Shown: positions 50,214 to 60,535, counted from the stretch's first letter. The stretch: 64,000 nt of DNA from an uncultured delta proteobacterium (GCA_963802945.1 CAWDKY010000015.1:128001-192000), one strand, 5' to 3'. Made by a program: numbers and translations. The notes: generated by a model from the sequence alone, not told the origin.

Positions 50214-52118
50214 TCAGGTTAAAGAACCGTCCTTGCCCTGATTCGTCGGTCCGCCATCTCCCGGCTTGACCAAATTGGTGAAAGGAATGATCAGATTATA
50301 AACGCCGGAATCCAGGGCGGTGGTAAAAGGGTAAGGGCCTTTCTTAAACACCCGGAGCATCCCTTTATTAGAAGGCAGGACGGAAGCCGTAAAGCCCTCG
50401 ATCCCGTTTTTTTTGGCTACATTAATGAGCATTTGATATAGATAAGAGGCGATCCCCTTGCCTTGATATTCTTCATCCACAATAAAGGCCACATCGGCAG
50501 ATGGACTTTCCTGCTCACGGACATACCTGGCCTCGGCCACGAGCCGGCTGTCACCCTTCGGACCCACCAGCCCGACGATAGATACGATATTCCGGTAATC
50601 CACGTTGACATAGGACTGCATTTTGGTATGCGGCATAGTCCGGACAGGGCTGAAATAACGGTAGTAGACGTCCTCTTCGGAAAAACGATAGAACAACTTT
50701 CGCATTTGATCTTCGTCCGAGGGCCTGATGGCCCGGAAACGAAGGTTTAGCTTATCCTTGAACGTATAGGAATGCTCCAAATCCGCTGGGTAGTAATGAC
50801 CGGCCTCGGTAAGATAGATCTGGTCCGGATAGATCATATTGGCCTCTTTGGCCTGGCGGACCAGTTCGGCCCTGTCATCCGGATGGGCGATATCTATCAG
50901 GGCCAGGGCCCTTTCACGGATGCTTATGCCCTTAAGGTAGGCAATGCCATACTCGGTGACGACCATATCCAGGGCCTCACGGATATTGACCTGATTCGGA
51001 TACTCTTCAATCGAGATCTTGATATTCGATTGATTCCGCAAATTACGGCTGGGCAGGGCACAGATGGCCCGGCCGTTCCGGGACAGCCCCACGCCAGCCA
51101 GCAATTCCAAGGCTTCCCCCATGCCGTAAGCCACATTGCTCATCCCCACATGCATGGCGACCTCCCCGGTCAAATCTACCTTGCGGACAGGGATGATCAC
51201 GGTAAAGAAATCATTGGAGCCGATGATTTTGGGATCCCCGACGACATCGATGCCCTGAAACTCAATCAATGGATTTTGATCCAGCCATTGCATGAGCTCA
51301 GCCGTGCCCAGGGCATAAGAAACCACACTTTTTCCGCGGTAGTAGGTCTTGTCCCGGTTGGTGACTACACCGCATTTGATAAGGTCCATAAGAGGATCGG
51401 TGATAAAAGCTGATTGGACGCATAAATTTTTCTTATGTCTCAGATGGGGACCAAGGGCCTCAAACAGGCTGCCGGTGAAAAAAGGGAGGCAACATCCGTT
51501 ATCAACTAATATGGACACATTGGCCGCCACTTTATCCAGAACAGGGTCTATCGGCCAACGGTCAAAGGTGATGGGCGGCAACTCGGCTTGAACCAGACAG
51601 TCAAACTCTTCTATATTGACCAGGGTATCCCCGAGGGTTCGAGGCACCTGGAGGTTGATCTCCCCGACCACCAAGGCGGCTTGTTTCATGGCCGCCCTGG
51701 CCGCATCTATGGAAACCCCAAGACTGGCCCAACCCGATTCGTCCGGGGGGGTTATTTGAATAAAAGCCACATCGATCCGAAGCGACCTGGATTCAATCAG
51801 CCCAGGGATTCTGGAGAACCGGCAGGGAACCATGTCCACCCGGCCTGACCGCACGGCCTGATCAGCCATCCAGCCCGAGTAAAAGGTTTTCAGCCGGAAT
51901 TTGGTTTGTTGTTGATCCTCCAAAAGGATGGTATCTCCCAGACTGATAAGCTGAATCACCTCGAGGTCTCTAAGATTAGGTAAAGTCGAAGCAAGCAGAT
52001 GCTTGACCAGGGTTCGAGGTTCAGCCGGGCCGGTCCCTACGAAGATGCTCATACCCGGTTCGATTTTTTCCAGAACCTTTTCTGGAGAAAGAATCTTTTT
52101 TTGCCAGGTATCATTCAT
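50214..52118 (-). CDS. Acetyl-CoA hydrolase/transferase-like domain fused to GNAT acetyltransferase
   Basis: DVAFIQITPPD, VDLTG, VVTEYGIAYL, IAHPDDR; C-terminal RAIRPSD...YYRYF...VAEARY...AFIVDEEYQGKGIA...N..M. Confidence 0.88.
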   Translation of the reverse strand: MNDTWQKKILSPEKVLEKIEPGMSIFVGTGPAEPRTLVKHLLASTLPNLRDLEVIQLISLGDTILLEDQQQTKFRLKTFYSGWMADQAVRSGRVDMVPCRFSRIPGLIESRSLRIDVAFIQITPPDESGWASLGVSIDAARAAMKQAALVVGEINLQVPRTLGDTLVNIEEFDCLVQAELPPITFDRWPIDPVLDKVAANVSILVDNGCCLPFFTGSLFEALGPHLRHKKNLCVQSAFITDPLMDLIKCGVVTNRDKTYYRGKSVVSYALGTAELMQWLDQNPLIEFQGIDVVGDPKIIGSNDFFTVIIPVRKVDLTGEVAMHVGMSNVAYGMGEALELLAGVGLSRNGRAICALPSRNLRNQSNIKISIEEYPNQVNIREALDMVVTEYGIAYLKGISIRERALALIDIAHPDDRAELVRQAKEANMIYPDQIYLTEAGHYYPADLEHSYTFKDKLNLRFRAIRPSDEDQMRKLFYRFSEEDVYYRYFSPVRTMPHTKMQSYVNVDYRNIVSIVGLVGPKGDSRLVAEARYVREQESPSADVAFIVDEEYQGKGIASYLYQMLINVAKKNGIEGFTASVLPSNKGMLRVFKKGPYPFTTALDSGVYNLIIPFTNLVKPGDGGPTNQGKDGSLT

Positions 52119-52194
52119 GCCTTTGCCTTTGTAATGGCCTGACTCTTTAATGGATCGATCTTCAGTCCATTGGAAAAGAGAATTTGAGGAAATA

Positions 52195-52263
52195 GTTATT
52201 AGTTCGGAGTAAAAAGAATGAACACCATATGATGAATTTTCAACTCTCAACTCCGAACTATTA
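52195..52263. repeat. Inverted micro-repeat hairpin (AGTTCGG type)
   Basis: tagttcggagt pairs with actccgaacta. Confidence 0.55.
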
Positions 52264-52333
52264 TCTCTTAATCTTTTACGGCCTATTAAACCTTTATATC
52301 CCTATGACCTTTTTTTGCAGATGGTCTAAAGGG

Positions 52334-54004
52334 TCAATGTACCCTTCGCTTTTTACGACTCAGATAATCCACCAGCAGATATTTGCCTAACTGATTCGGG
52401 GCCGTGAAAAAGGCGCGGCCTTTATTGATTTTAGTTACCTCGTTGACGAAGCTCACCAACAGGGGTGAACGATCGAGCATAAAGGTGTTGATGGTTGCAC
52501 CTGTGCGGGTGAAGGCCCGGACCTCTTTGAGGGTTTCCCGCACCGCAGTGGGACTGATTCCTAAGGTGGGCCATTCAATATGCAATTGTCCGTTCAGGGT
52601 AAAGGCCGTAGGTTGGCCGTCGGTGATGAGGATCACCTGTTGCCGGGCGTCCGGGTGTTGACCGAGCAACCGATGGGCCAGACGCAAGCCGTCCTGGATG
52701 TTGGTGAACACGTCGTCTCCGAAACTGCCCATGGCTTCCAATAGCTCTTTACGGTTGAGCCGACGCGCTTGGGTGGCAAACCCGACCATATAGAACTTGT
52801 CGCGTGGATAGTGGGTGCGGATCAAGTGCTCGAGGGCCAGGGCCACCTTTTTCGCCGCGGTGAAGCGGTCATTCTGGAACATGCTGAAGCTCATATCCAG
52901 CATCAGGACAGTGGCGGTGGCGGCCTGCAGCTCATTCTTCAGGACTTCGAAGTCATCGACTTTAAGCCGGAGCCTGGTCTTTCCCGAACGCATGTCCTCC
53001 GCCTTAAGGCCGCTGCTCACCTCCCGAAATACCGCATTGGACAAAGTGCGGGGTAAATGCAAATGGAAAGGGTCGCCGAAAGCAAAAGGCCGGCTCTCAT
53101 CAGGCAGGACTTCTCCTGGACCGCGAAAGGCCGTGGTATGGGCGCCGAAGGCACCGCGGCCGACCAGGGCGTAGATATCGCGGAGGGCCTTTTGGGCAAT
53201 CAGCCTCATGGCCTTGGGCGTGAGCACTAACCGTCCTTGCTCTGCAGCCACGAATCCGGACTCACGCAGGAAATCCATGAACTGAAGAAAGGTTTGGATT
53301 GAACGACTAGCTTCTTCACCCAGATATTGGGCCAGGTCTTCGAGGTTCATGCCCTGCAGGTCCCCGCGTTCGAGGGCCTCGATCAGCTCGTTTAATCGGC
53401 GCATTTGTTCGGCCATCTCGGCAGCCTGTTCCATGCTCATGGGCTGGTTCCCTTGAAAAAAGTTTTGGGCAGCCAACTGTTGTAGCTGAGACAAGGTTTG
53501 GAGAAACTCCTGAAATTCTGCTGCAGCCTCTGGACTCAGGAAATCGTAGTTTTGAAGCTGCCGCACCGCCTCACCGAGATTCTGCGACAGCCCGTGTAAT
53601 TGTCCCTCGCGCTGGAATAATTCCTCAAGCTTTTTTCGCGCCTGTTCCGATCCGGTGACTGAAAGTTCCTGACTGGCTTCTTCCTCCGCCTTCTGTATGG
53701 CCTTCAACTCCTTTTGTACGATCTGGTCGAGTCGGCGCCGCAACTCTTCACTCAAGCCTTTGGTATTGAACTGCCGGAGCATTTGTTGGCGCTGCTCGCT
53801 CAGCCGGTTGGCCAGGCGGTCCAGACCTTCGAGGCGGAAGTTCTGGAAATCGAAAGAGAGTCCCTCCCGCAGCATCCATTCCAAGGCATAAGCTGCGTCT
53901 CCGGTCTCGAGGAACTTTTCGAGGAAGTCATTGGTCATGGCCTTGAACTCAAGGTCGATGACCTGGTTGCCGTCCCACCGGCTGTAACGATAAATTTTAG
54001 GCAT
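52334..54004 (-). CDS. vWA-domain protein
   Basis: YRYSRWDG N-terminus, MIDAS DMSFSM, TNIQDGL, ITDGQPT. Confidence 0.88.
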   Translation of the reverse strand: MPKIYRYSRWDGNQVIDLEFKAMTNDFLEKFLETGDAAYALEWMLREGLSFDFQNFRLEGLDRLANRLSEQRQQMLRQFNTKGLSEELRRRLDQIVQKELKAIQKAEEEASQELSVTGSEQARKKLEELFQREGQLHGLSQNLGEAVRQLQNYDFLSPEAAAEFQEFLQTLSQLQQLAAQNFFQGNQPMSMEQAAEMAEQMRRLNELIEALERGDLQGMNLEDLAQYLGEEASRSIQTFLQFMDFLRESGFVAAEQGRLVLTPKAMRLIAQKALRDIYALVGRGAFGAHTTAFRGPGEVLPDESRPFAFGDPFHLHLPRTLSNAVFREVSSGLKAEDMRSGKTRLRLKVDDFEVLKNELQAATATVLMLDMSFSMFQNDRFTAAKKVALALEHLIRTHYPRDKFYMVGFATQARRLNRKELLEAMGSFGDDVFTNIQDGLRLAHRLLGQHPDARQQVILITDGQPTAFTLNGQLHIEWPTLGISPTAVRETLKEVRAFTRTGATINTFMLDRSPLLVSFVNEVTKINKGRAFFTAPNQLGKYLLVDYLSRKKRRVH

Positions 54005-54024
54005 GATCTTACTTCTGTTAAAAA

Positions 54025-54113
54025 GGATCCAAGGGTTCTAGGATTCGAGGGTTCAAGGGTTTTTATTTCCAAGCATTTCACTTGAATCCTTGACCCCTGG
54101 AATCCTTGAATCC
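54025..54113. repeat. Inverted octamer micro-repeat hairpin (GGATTCAA/GGGTTCGA)
   Basis: ggatccaa-gggttcta-ggattcga-gggttcaa ... ttgaatcc-ttgacccc-tggaatcc-ttgaatcc. Confidence 0.8.
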
Positions 54114-54120
54114 TAATTTT

Positions 54121-55602
54121 TTAATGAAATCCTTCTCCTCGTTCTCTCCGCAAGACCGGCTTGGGCTTGGGTGCAGCAGGCGGCGCGGTTTTATAGACCG
54201 CTTTGTCCTTGCGCAGTTCCTTATTTAGTTTCTGGTTAAGATGAAGACCTTCCAGGATAAACTCTGCGGCCGAGGCCAGTTGTGCCGGTGAATCCGTTAA
54301 GCCCAGGTTTTTCAGCGGCTCTTGCATTGCCGGTATCTTTTGAAAAAATTCGCGATATTGTGCGGCGGGTGAGTCGGCCGAGACCTCGACCACAGCCCCA
54401 GCGTTAAAGACCTGGATGACCGGCTCCAAATCCTCGACCTGGAAATGGAGGTCAAAAACGCCCTTGACGGATCGTCGAAGCAGGCGATCAACCACCTCGA
54501 CTTCGGTCTGATCTTCACCGGCATACTCGATCTCGATCTTGCCCCGAGAACTGGCAAAAACCGCCGGCAAATCGGAAATACGCGGCACCACTTCCGGTTC
54601 ACCCAAGCGAATCGCACGCTTTTGAGCGCTGGCCATCACACTTTCAAAATTGGAAATGCTCATACGTACCGAGACACCGGAAGACTGATTGATTTCCGGG
54701 CACTGGCGGGCCTCAAAGGTCAGACCGGTGATAATTTCTTTAATATACTCCGGCACAAAAATCTTTTTTTTAGGTACAACTCGAACCAGGGCCTCCTGCT
54801 CGACAATGGCCGTCTCGATCTCGCGTTTGGTTGGATAGTGGGTGCGTACTTGGGAGGCGTATCGATCCTTGAGAGGTGTAATGATGCGGCCGCGATGGGT
54901 ATAATCCTCCGGGTTAGCCGTGGCCACGATCAACATGTCAAGCGGCAAACGCACCTTGAAGCCTTTGACCTGCACATCGCCTTCCTCGAGGATGTTGAAC
55001 AAACTGACCTGCACCTTCTCGGAAAGGTCGGGCAGCTCATTAATGGCAAAGATGCCCCGGTTGGTTCGGGGCAACAGCCCGAAATGGATAACCCGTTCGT
55101 CCGAGAGGTAACGTCCCTCGGCCACTTTGATCGGGTCCACATCACCGATCAGGTCCGACACCGAGACATCGGGGGTGGCCAGTTTCTCTCCGAAACGGTC
55201 CTGACGCGGGACCCAAACGATGGGCAGTCGGTCTCCCAGTTCGACGGCCCGAATCCGGCAGTCGTTACAAACTGGGGCAAAAGGGTTGTCCAGGATCTCG
55301 CAGCCGGCCACTGCCGGCATCCACTCGTCAAGGAGCAGGACCAAGGTCCGGATCAAGCGACTCTTGGCCTGGCCGCGTTCGCCCAGGATCAGGATGTCAT
55401 GTCCTGAGAGGATGGCATTCTCTATCTCCGGGATCACGGTCTCATCATAACCGAGGATCCGGGGAAAAAGCGCCTCACCCGCTGTCATCTTGGCCACCAT
55501 GTTTTCCATTAATTCCTCTTTGACCGAGCGATGGCGCCAGCCGGAGGCGCGTAATTCACCTAAGGTTTGACTCTTATTCACTTTCTTTCTCCCTTCAATC
55601 AT
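54121..55602 (-). CDS. Magnesium-chelatase-like AAA+ ATPase
   Basis: GERGQAKS, LATPDVSVSDLIGDVDPIKVAEGR, FAINELPDL, TANPEDYTHRGRIITPLKDR. Confidence 0.85.
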   Translation of the reverse strand: MIEGRKKVNKSQTLGELRASGWRHRSVKEELMENMVAKMTAGEALFPRILGYDETVIPEIENAILSGHDILILGERGQAKSRLIRTLVLLLDEWMPAVAGCEILDNPFAPVCNDCRIRAVELGDRLPIVWVPRQDRFGEKLATPDVSVSDLIGDVDPIKVAEGRYLSDERVIHFGLLPRTNRGIFAINELPDLSEKVQVSLFNILEEGDVQVKGFKVRLPLDMLIVATANPEDYTHRGRIITPLKDRYASQVRTHYPTKREIETAIVEQEALVRVVPKKKIFVPEYIKEIITGLTFEARQCPEINQSSGVSVRMSISNFESVMASAQKRAIRLGEPEVVPRISDLPAVFASSRGKIEIEYAGEDQTEVEVVDRLLRRSVKGVFDLHFQVEDLEPVIQVFNAGAVVEVSADSPAAQYREFFQKIPAMQEPLKNLGLTDSPAQLASAAEFILEGLHLNQKLNKELRKDKAVYKTAPPAAPKPKPVLRRERGEGFH

Positions 55603-56157
55603 TCAAGGCTCTTTTTCAATTCCCTGACCAGAGGCAAAATCACCCAAGATCATTTCCCTCTGTCGGGTTTATCTCCGGCCGATGGGTTTTAGCAGCAGAG
55701 CCTTCCGCCTTAGCGGAGTTAATATAGTAACGTTTCCCGTAGCATTCGTCAAAAAGAAAATTGCGATGCCTTAACCTGAACAAGTCGGAACGAAAAGGTC
55801 TTTCATCTATTTTCTTTTCCTGCAATACACAATAACGGTCGATAAAAAATTATTAACAATCCGGAATCAATTTTTTAAAGATCTCAATCGGTTTAATTAC
55901 TGAAACTATTTGGAGGGATTGTTTCGATAACCTTCTTTAAATAAGATAAGAAATTAATAGAGATTGTCAATAAAAAAGAAAGGGGCCGTGACGTTTCGGG
56001 TAACATTTAATCTGATTCAATGAGCCCACAACGTATTCATTTGCAAATTGAATAACAAAATAAGATAATATTGACCCAACAGAAGATGAAAAGAAGAGGC
56101 CAATTGGACGGCCATTCGGGAATAGGTTCCCGTCATCGAAGCGCAAAGTTGTGGCTT

Positions 56158-56463
56158 TAATATTAAGGGTCTCAAAATAATAGCAACATGAGAGGACCGT
56201 GGGGGTCTTTTTTGGGGGATTGTCCAAAGGGTGCCTTATCGCCCTATCCCGGCCCGTCCAGCAAAGTTTGATTCGAGGCAGGGCATTCCCTTTAGCCCGT
56301 TTCCAGGACAGGTGAAGGCCTGCTTCTGATTTAGTTAAATCATTGGCCCGGCAAAGAAGCTTCCAGGTTAAAGGTGGACAACCCCCAAAAAAGACCCCCA
56401 TGGTCCTATGTTAGGCAAGCCCATCCATTTCATGTCAAGATAAGTATGAGACCCTTAATATTA
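56158..56463. mobile_element. MITE-like element with nested inverted repeats
   Basis: Perfect 17-bp outer IR taatattaagggtctca/tgagacccttaatatta; ~33-bp inner IR at 56193..56226 and 56375..56407. Confidence 0.6.
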
Positions 56464-56494
56464 TCCTTAATATTATCCTTTTGGAGGTGCCCAT

Positions 56495-57370
56495 ATGAAT
56501 CAGCGTCGAGCCTATCGTTCTTTTGTCAGTTATATTGATCGCAGTCGGGAGTACTACGCTGCCCAAGGCTACTCCCAACCATACTCCTGGGCCCACTACC
56601 AGGATGTTCCCTTTTCCCCTCTTAAAAAACCGCTCTCCGAAAGCCGGGTAGGACTGGTGACGACTGCCGGCCGTACAGAGGTGGAGGGTGCAAGTCACGG
56701 GCTGTCCAGGGAGTATTACGCCCTGCCGGCAAATCCCGCACCGACCCGCTTGTACACTGACCACCTCTTTTGGGACAAAAAGGCTACTCATACGGACGAC
56801 ATCGAAAGTTTTTTGCCGCTGAATCGTTTGGCTGAGTTTGCCGCTGAAGGTCGTATCGGATCAATTTCACCTCGCTTCTATGGAGTGCCCACCGATTACA
56901 GTCAGAACAGAACGATACTTCAGGCCGCCCCACAGATTCTCAAATGGTGTCGGGAGGATGAAGTGGAAGCCGTTCTCCTTTCGGCACTCTGACCGGTTTG
57001 TCACCAGACCGTCAGTCTGACGGCACGACATCTTGAAGAAAACGGCCTGTCCACTGTGGTCATAGGGTCAGCCCGCGACATTGTAGAGGAATTGGGTGTT
57101 GCCCGATTCGTGTTCACCGACTTTCCCTTGGGAAACCCCTGTGGGAAACCCTGGGACAAGGAAATGCAACACGCCATTGTAGGTATTGCACTTGACTTGC
57201 TGGAAAGAGCCTGGATTCCTCGTACCACGGTCCAGACCCCGTTCTCTTGGGGCAATGATGAATGGCGGGATGCATTCATGCGGGTGGATGACAACAACCG
57301 TGAAGCCCTGGCCCGAGAAGGAGAGGAACGCCGCCGTTTTCAAGCCGAAGTTATGAAGAAAAGCGACTGA
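56495..57370 (+). CDS. GrdB/PrdB-like reductase selenoprotein (Sec at UGA 56990..56992)
   Basis: PFSPLKKPLSESRVGLVTTAG, then LLSAL-U-PVCHQTVSLTARHLEENGLSTVV, FPLGNPCG; ORF 57056..57370 is in frame with 56495..56992. Confidence 0.85.
56999..57030 (+). promoter_or_regulatory. Bacterial SECIS-like hairpin
   Basis: tgtc..ccgtca-GTC-tgacgg..gaca; G-starting apical loop about 22 nt after the UGA. Confidence 0.6.
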
Positions 57371-57440
57371 TTATTTACGACCTCAAGAAAAAATAATTGA
57401 ATTCATCTTGATTGCCCTTTATAGTTAGTTCGAAAAGAGA

Positions 57441-57552
57441 GTTCGAGGATTCGAGGATTCCAGGGTTCAAGTAGTTTTAACTTCCACGCCTTTCACTCCG
57501 CGTGCGGTCCTTGACCCCTTCCTGCCTGCCCGCAGGCCTTGAATCCTTGGAT
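57441..57552. repeat. Inverted octamer micro-repeat hairpin with small insertions
   Basis: gttcga-ggattcga-ggattcca-gggttcaa ... ttgacccc..[cctgcctgcccgcagg]..ttgaatcc. Confidence 0.65.
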
Positions 57553-57647
57553 TAATTTTCTTATTTCCTGGTGACCGAAGAGGAATCATGATGACGATAA
57601 AATTGAAGACCACCCGCCAATGAATGGTCTGAAAGAAGGAGAAACCT

Positions 57648-59315
57648 ATGCGAAGTGACGTTATGAAAAAAGGGATTGAAAAAAGTCCCCATCGCTCTCT
57701 GTTTAAGGCCATGGGCTATACCGATGAGGAAATCGCCCAGCCCTTGATCGGAATCGCCAACTCGGCCAACGAAATCATCCCCGGCCATCTCCATTTGAAC
57801 CAGATCGCTCAGGCCGTCAAGGCCGGGGTCCGGATGAATGGGGGAACCCCTATTGAGTTTTCCACCATCGGGGTTTGCGACGGGATTGCCATGAATCATG
57901 AAGGCATGAAATATTCCCTGGCCAGCCGGGAACTGATCGCCGATTCTGTGGAAGTCATGGCCCGGGCCCATCCCTTTGATGCCCTGGTCATGATCCCCAA
58001 CTGCGATAAAATTATTCCCGGTATGCTCATGGCCATGCTTCGCTTGAATATTCCAGCCATCATGATCAGCGGAGGTCCGATGCTCACCGGTAGATGGCGG
58101 AAGAAAGATGTTCACCTGATCAGTATGTTCGAAGGGGTCGGTGAAGTCAAATCGGGAAGGATGAAGGCCAGGGATCTGCTGGAAATGGAAGATGTCGCCT
58201 GCCCGGGATGCGGTTCCTGCGCCGGCATGTTTACGGCCAACTCCATGAACTGCTTGACCGAGGCCATCGGTCTGGGACTTCCGGGAAACGGGACTATCCC
58301 GGCCGTGGCCGCAGCGCGGATTCGTTTGGCCAAACAGACCGGTATGAAGGTGATGGAGCTGTTGGAAAAAAATATCCGTCCTCGGGACATTGCCACCATG
58401 TCCGCCTTTCGCAACGCCATCGCCGTGGATGTGGCTTTGGGGTGTTCGACCAATACGGTGCTTCATGTTCCGGCCATGGCCCATGAGGCCCATCTGGAAC
58501 TGCCTTTGGATTTGTTTAATGCCATCAGTCAACGAACCCCCCATTTGTGCAGTCTGGTTCCCGGAGGGGTTAACAGCGTGCAGGAATTGGATGAAGCCGG
58601 AGGGATTCCAGCGGTCATGGCCGAGTTAACCAAGATCAAGGCCATCAATCTCCGGGTGATGACCGTCACCGGTGCCCGTCTGGAAGAGAATCTGAGAGGA
58701 AAAAAGATTCTAGATAAGGCCATTATTCGTCCGCTGTCTAATCCCTACCATGCCGAAGGCGGGATCGCCATCCTCTATGGAAACCTGGCCCCGGAAGGAG
58801 CGGTGGTCAAACAATCGGCCGTGGCCCCGGAAATGATGGTTCACAGCGGACCGGCTAGGGTTTTTAATTCGGAGCAAGAGGCCCAGAAGGCCATCCTCGG
58901 CAAAAAAATTAAAAAAGCCGACGTGGTGGTCATTCGCTACGAAGGCCCCAAAGGCGGACCGGGCATGCAGGAAATGCTGTCGCCCACCGCAGCCATCATC
59001 GGCATGGGCTTGGGCAAGGACGTGGCCTTGATAACCGACGGCCGATTCAGCGGGGGCACTCAAGGGGCGGCTATCGGTCATGTCTCTCCGGAAGCGGCTG
59101 CGGGAGGAACGATTGGTCTGGTCAAAGAAGGCGACCGGATTGAAATCAATATTCCGAAAAAGAAGCTGACTCTTCTGGTTTCCAGGGATGAACTCAAAAA
59201 AAGGCGGAAAGGTTGGGTTCCTCTTCCACCCAAGATCCAATCAGGATTCGCCTTCCGTTATGCCCAAATGGTCACCTCAGGGAGCACCGGAGCGATTTTG
59301 AAAGATAAACTGTAG
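57648..59315 (+). CDS. ilvD: Dihydroxy-acid dehydratase
   Basis: [58 protein letters not shown]. Confidence 0.97.
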   Translation: MRSDVMKKGIEKSPHRSLFKAMGYTDEEIAQPLIGIANSANEIIPGHLHLNQIAQAVKAGVRMNGGTPIEFSTIGVCDGIAMNHEGMKYSLASRELIADSVEVMARAHPFDALVMIPNCDKIIPGMLMAMLRLNIPAIMISGGPMLTGRWRKKDVHLISMFEGVGEVKSGRMKARDLLEMEDVACPGCGSCAGMFTANSMNCLTEAIGLGLPGNGTIPAVAAARIRLAKQTGMKVMELLEKNIRPRDIATMSAFRNAIAVDVALGCSTNTVLHVPAMAHEAHLELPLDLFNAISQRTPHLCSLVPGGVNSVQELDEAGGIPAVMAELTKIKAINLRVMTVTGARLEENLRGKKILDKAIIRPLSNPYHAEGGIAILYGNLAPEGAVVKQSAVAPEMMVHSGPARVFNSEQEAQKAILGKKIKKADVVVIRYEGPKGGPGMQEMLSPTAAIIGMGLGKDVALITDGRFSGGTQGAAIGHVSPEAAAGGTIGLVKEGDRIEINIPKKKLTLLVSRDELKKRRKGWVPLPPKIQSGFAFRYAQMVTSGSTGAILKDKL

Positions 59316-59384
59316 GTTTTTGTACCTTGGGATATGAGAATTAATTTTTTTTTGAAAAAAGTGTGCTCTGTATCGCGACACTAA

Positions 59385-59476
59385 GAATCCAGGAGTCAGA
59401 ATTCAGAATCCAGAATAGAAACATCAACTCTCCCCTTCCGGTACCTTCTGAATTCTGGCTTCTGGTCCTTGAATTC
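59385..59476. repeat. Inverted heptamer micro-repeat hairpin
   Basis: gaatcca-ggagtca-gaattca-gaatcca-gaa ... ttctgaattctggcttctggtccttgaattc. Confidence 0.8.
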
Positions 59477-59522
59477 GAAAATGTTACCTGTGGTTAATAA
59501 TCAATTGGGAAAGAAGTCTTCC

Positions 59523-60535
59523 ATGATTGAAGCCCGGCTGTATGAAAAAGAAAAAGAGCAACGGGTTCGCTGCCGTGCCTGTCATCACCTTTGTCTGATC
59601 AAAGAGGGACAGCGGGGGATTTGCGGGGTCCGGGAGAATCGTCAAGGGACCCTTTATTCTTTGGTCTATGGAAAACCTATTGCTGCTCATGTTGACCCGA
59701 TCGAAAAGAAACCGCTCTTCCACTTTCTGCCCGGATCCGCTTCTTTTTCCCTGGCTACTGCCGGATGTAATTTCCGCTGCTCTTTTTGTCAGAACGCCGA
59801 CATTTCTCAGGCTCGAGAATCTAAAAAAGATTCCCGGGGAAGAGATTTCTCCTGAAGAAGTGATCGCCACTGCCATTCAAGCCAAGTGTCTGTCCATTGC
59901 TTATACCTATACCGAACCCACCATCTTTTTTGAATACGCCCAGGACATCGCCCTTCTGGCCGACGGGAAAGGTTTGAAAAATGTCTTCGTCACCAACGGC
60001 TATATGACCAAGGACGTGCTTGAAGCCCTTCATCCTCATCTTCACGCCGCCAATGTCGATCTGAAAGCCTTTCGAGAGGATTTTTACAAGACCCAATGCG
60101 GGGCAAAACTGTCTCCGGTTTTAGAAACCTTAAAAATCATGAAAAGGCTGGGAGATCTGGGTTGAAGTCACGACATTGATCATTCCGACTCTTAACGATT
60201 CCAGAGAAGAGTTAAAAGAATTGGCTCGGTTCATTGCCGATGATTTGGGCCCGGAGACGCCCTGGCATATCAGCCGATTCCATCCCACCTTTAAGCTTAC
60301 CCAATTGCCGGCGACTCCGGTCAAGACCTTACAGCAAGCTTGGGAAATCGGGAAAGAAGCGGGGTTGCGTTATGTTTACACCGGCAATGTTCCTGGAGAC
60401 GCGGCAGAAAAAACTTACTGCCATCATTGCGGCTATCTACTCTTGGATCGTTTTGGATTTTCCATTTTGAAAAATAATCTGCAAGAAGGAAAGTGTCCTC
60501 GCTGTCAGACTTCGATGGATGGATTCGGATTCTGA
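59523..60535 (+). CDS. AmmeMemoRadiSam-type (PFL-activase-like) radical SAM enzyme, two +1 frameshifts
   Basis: CRACHHLC, DPIEKKPLFHF, GCNFRCSFCQN, AYTYTEP, PWHISRFHP, YVYTGNV. Confidence 0.85.

Noticed and set aside
56105-56165. gcgcaaag motif resembling a c-di-GMP-I riboswitch
   Set aside because: Lacks the upstream GGCAAAC..GAAA tetraloop stem and the receptor/P1 elements
57588-57623. Short ORF MMTIKLKTTRQ before ilvD as an attenuator leader
   Set aside because: No run of Ile/Leu/Val codons and no terminator between it and ilvD
54445-58544. Long antisense ORFs (54445..55407, 57561..58544; also 20416..21357)
   Set aside because: Shadows of well-conserved genes on the opposite strand, with no recognisable motifs
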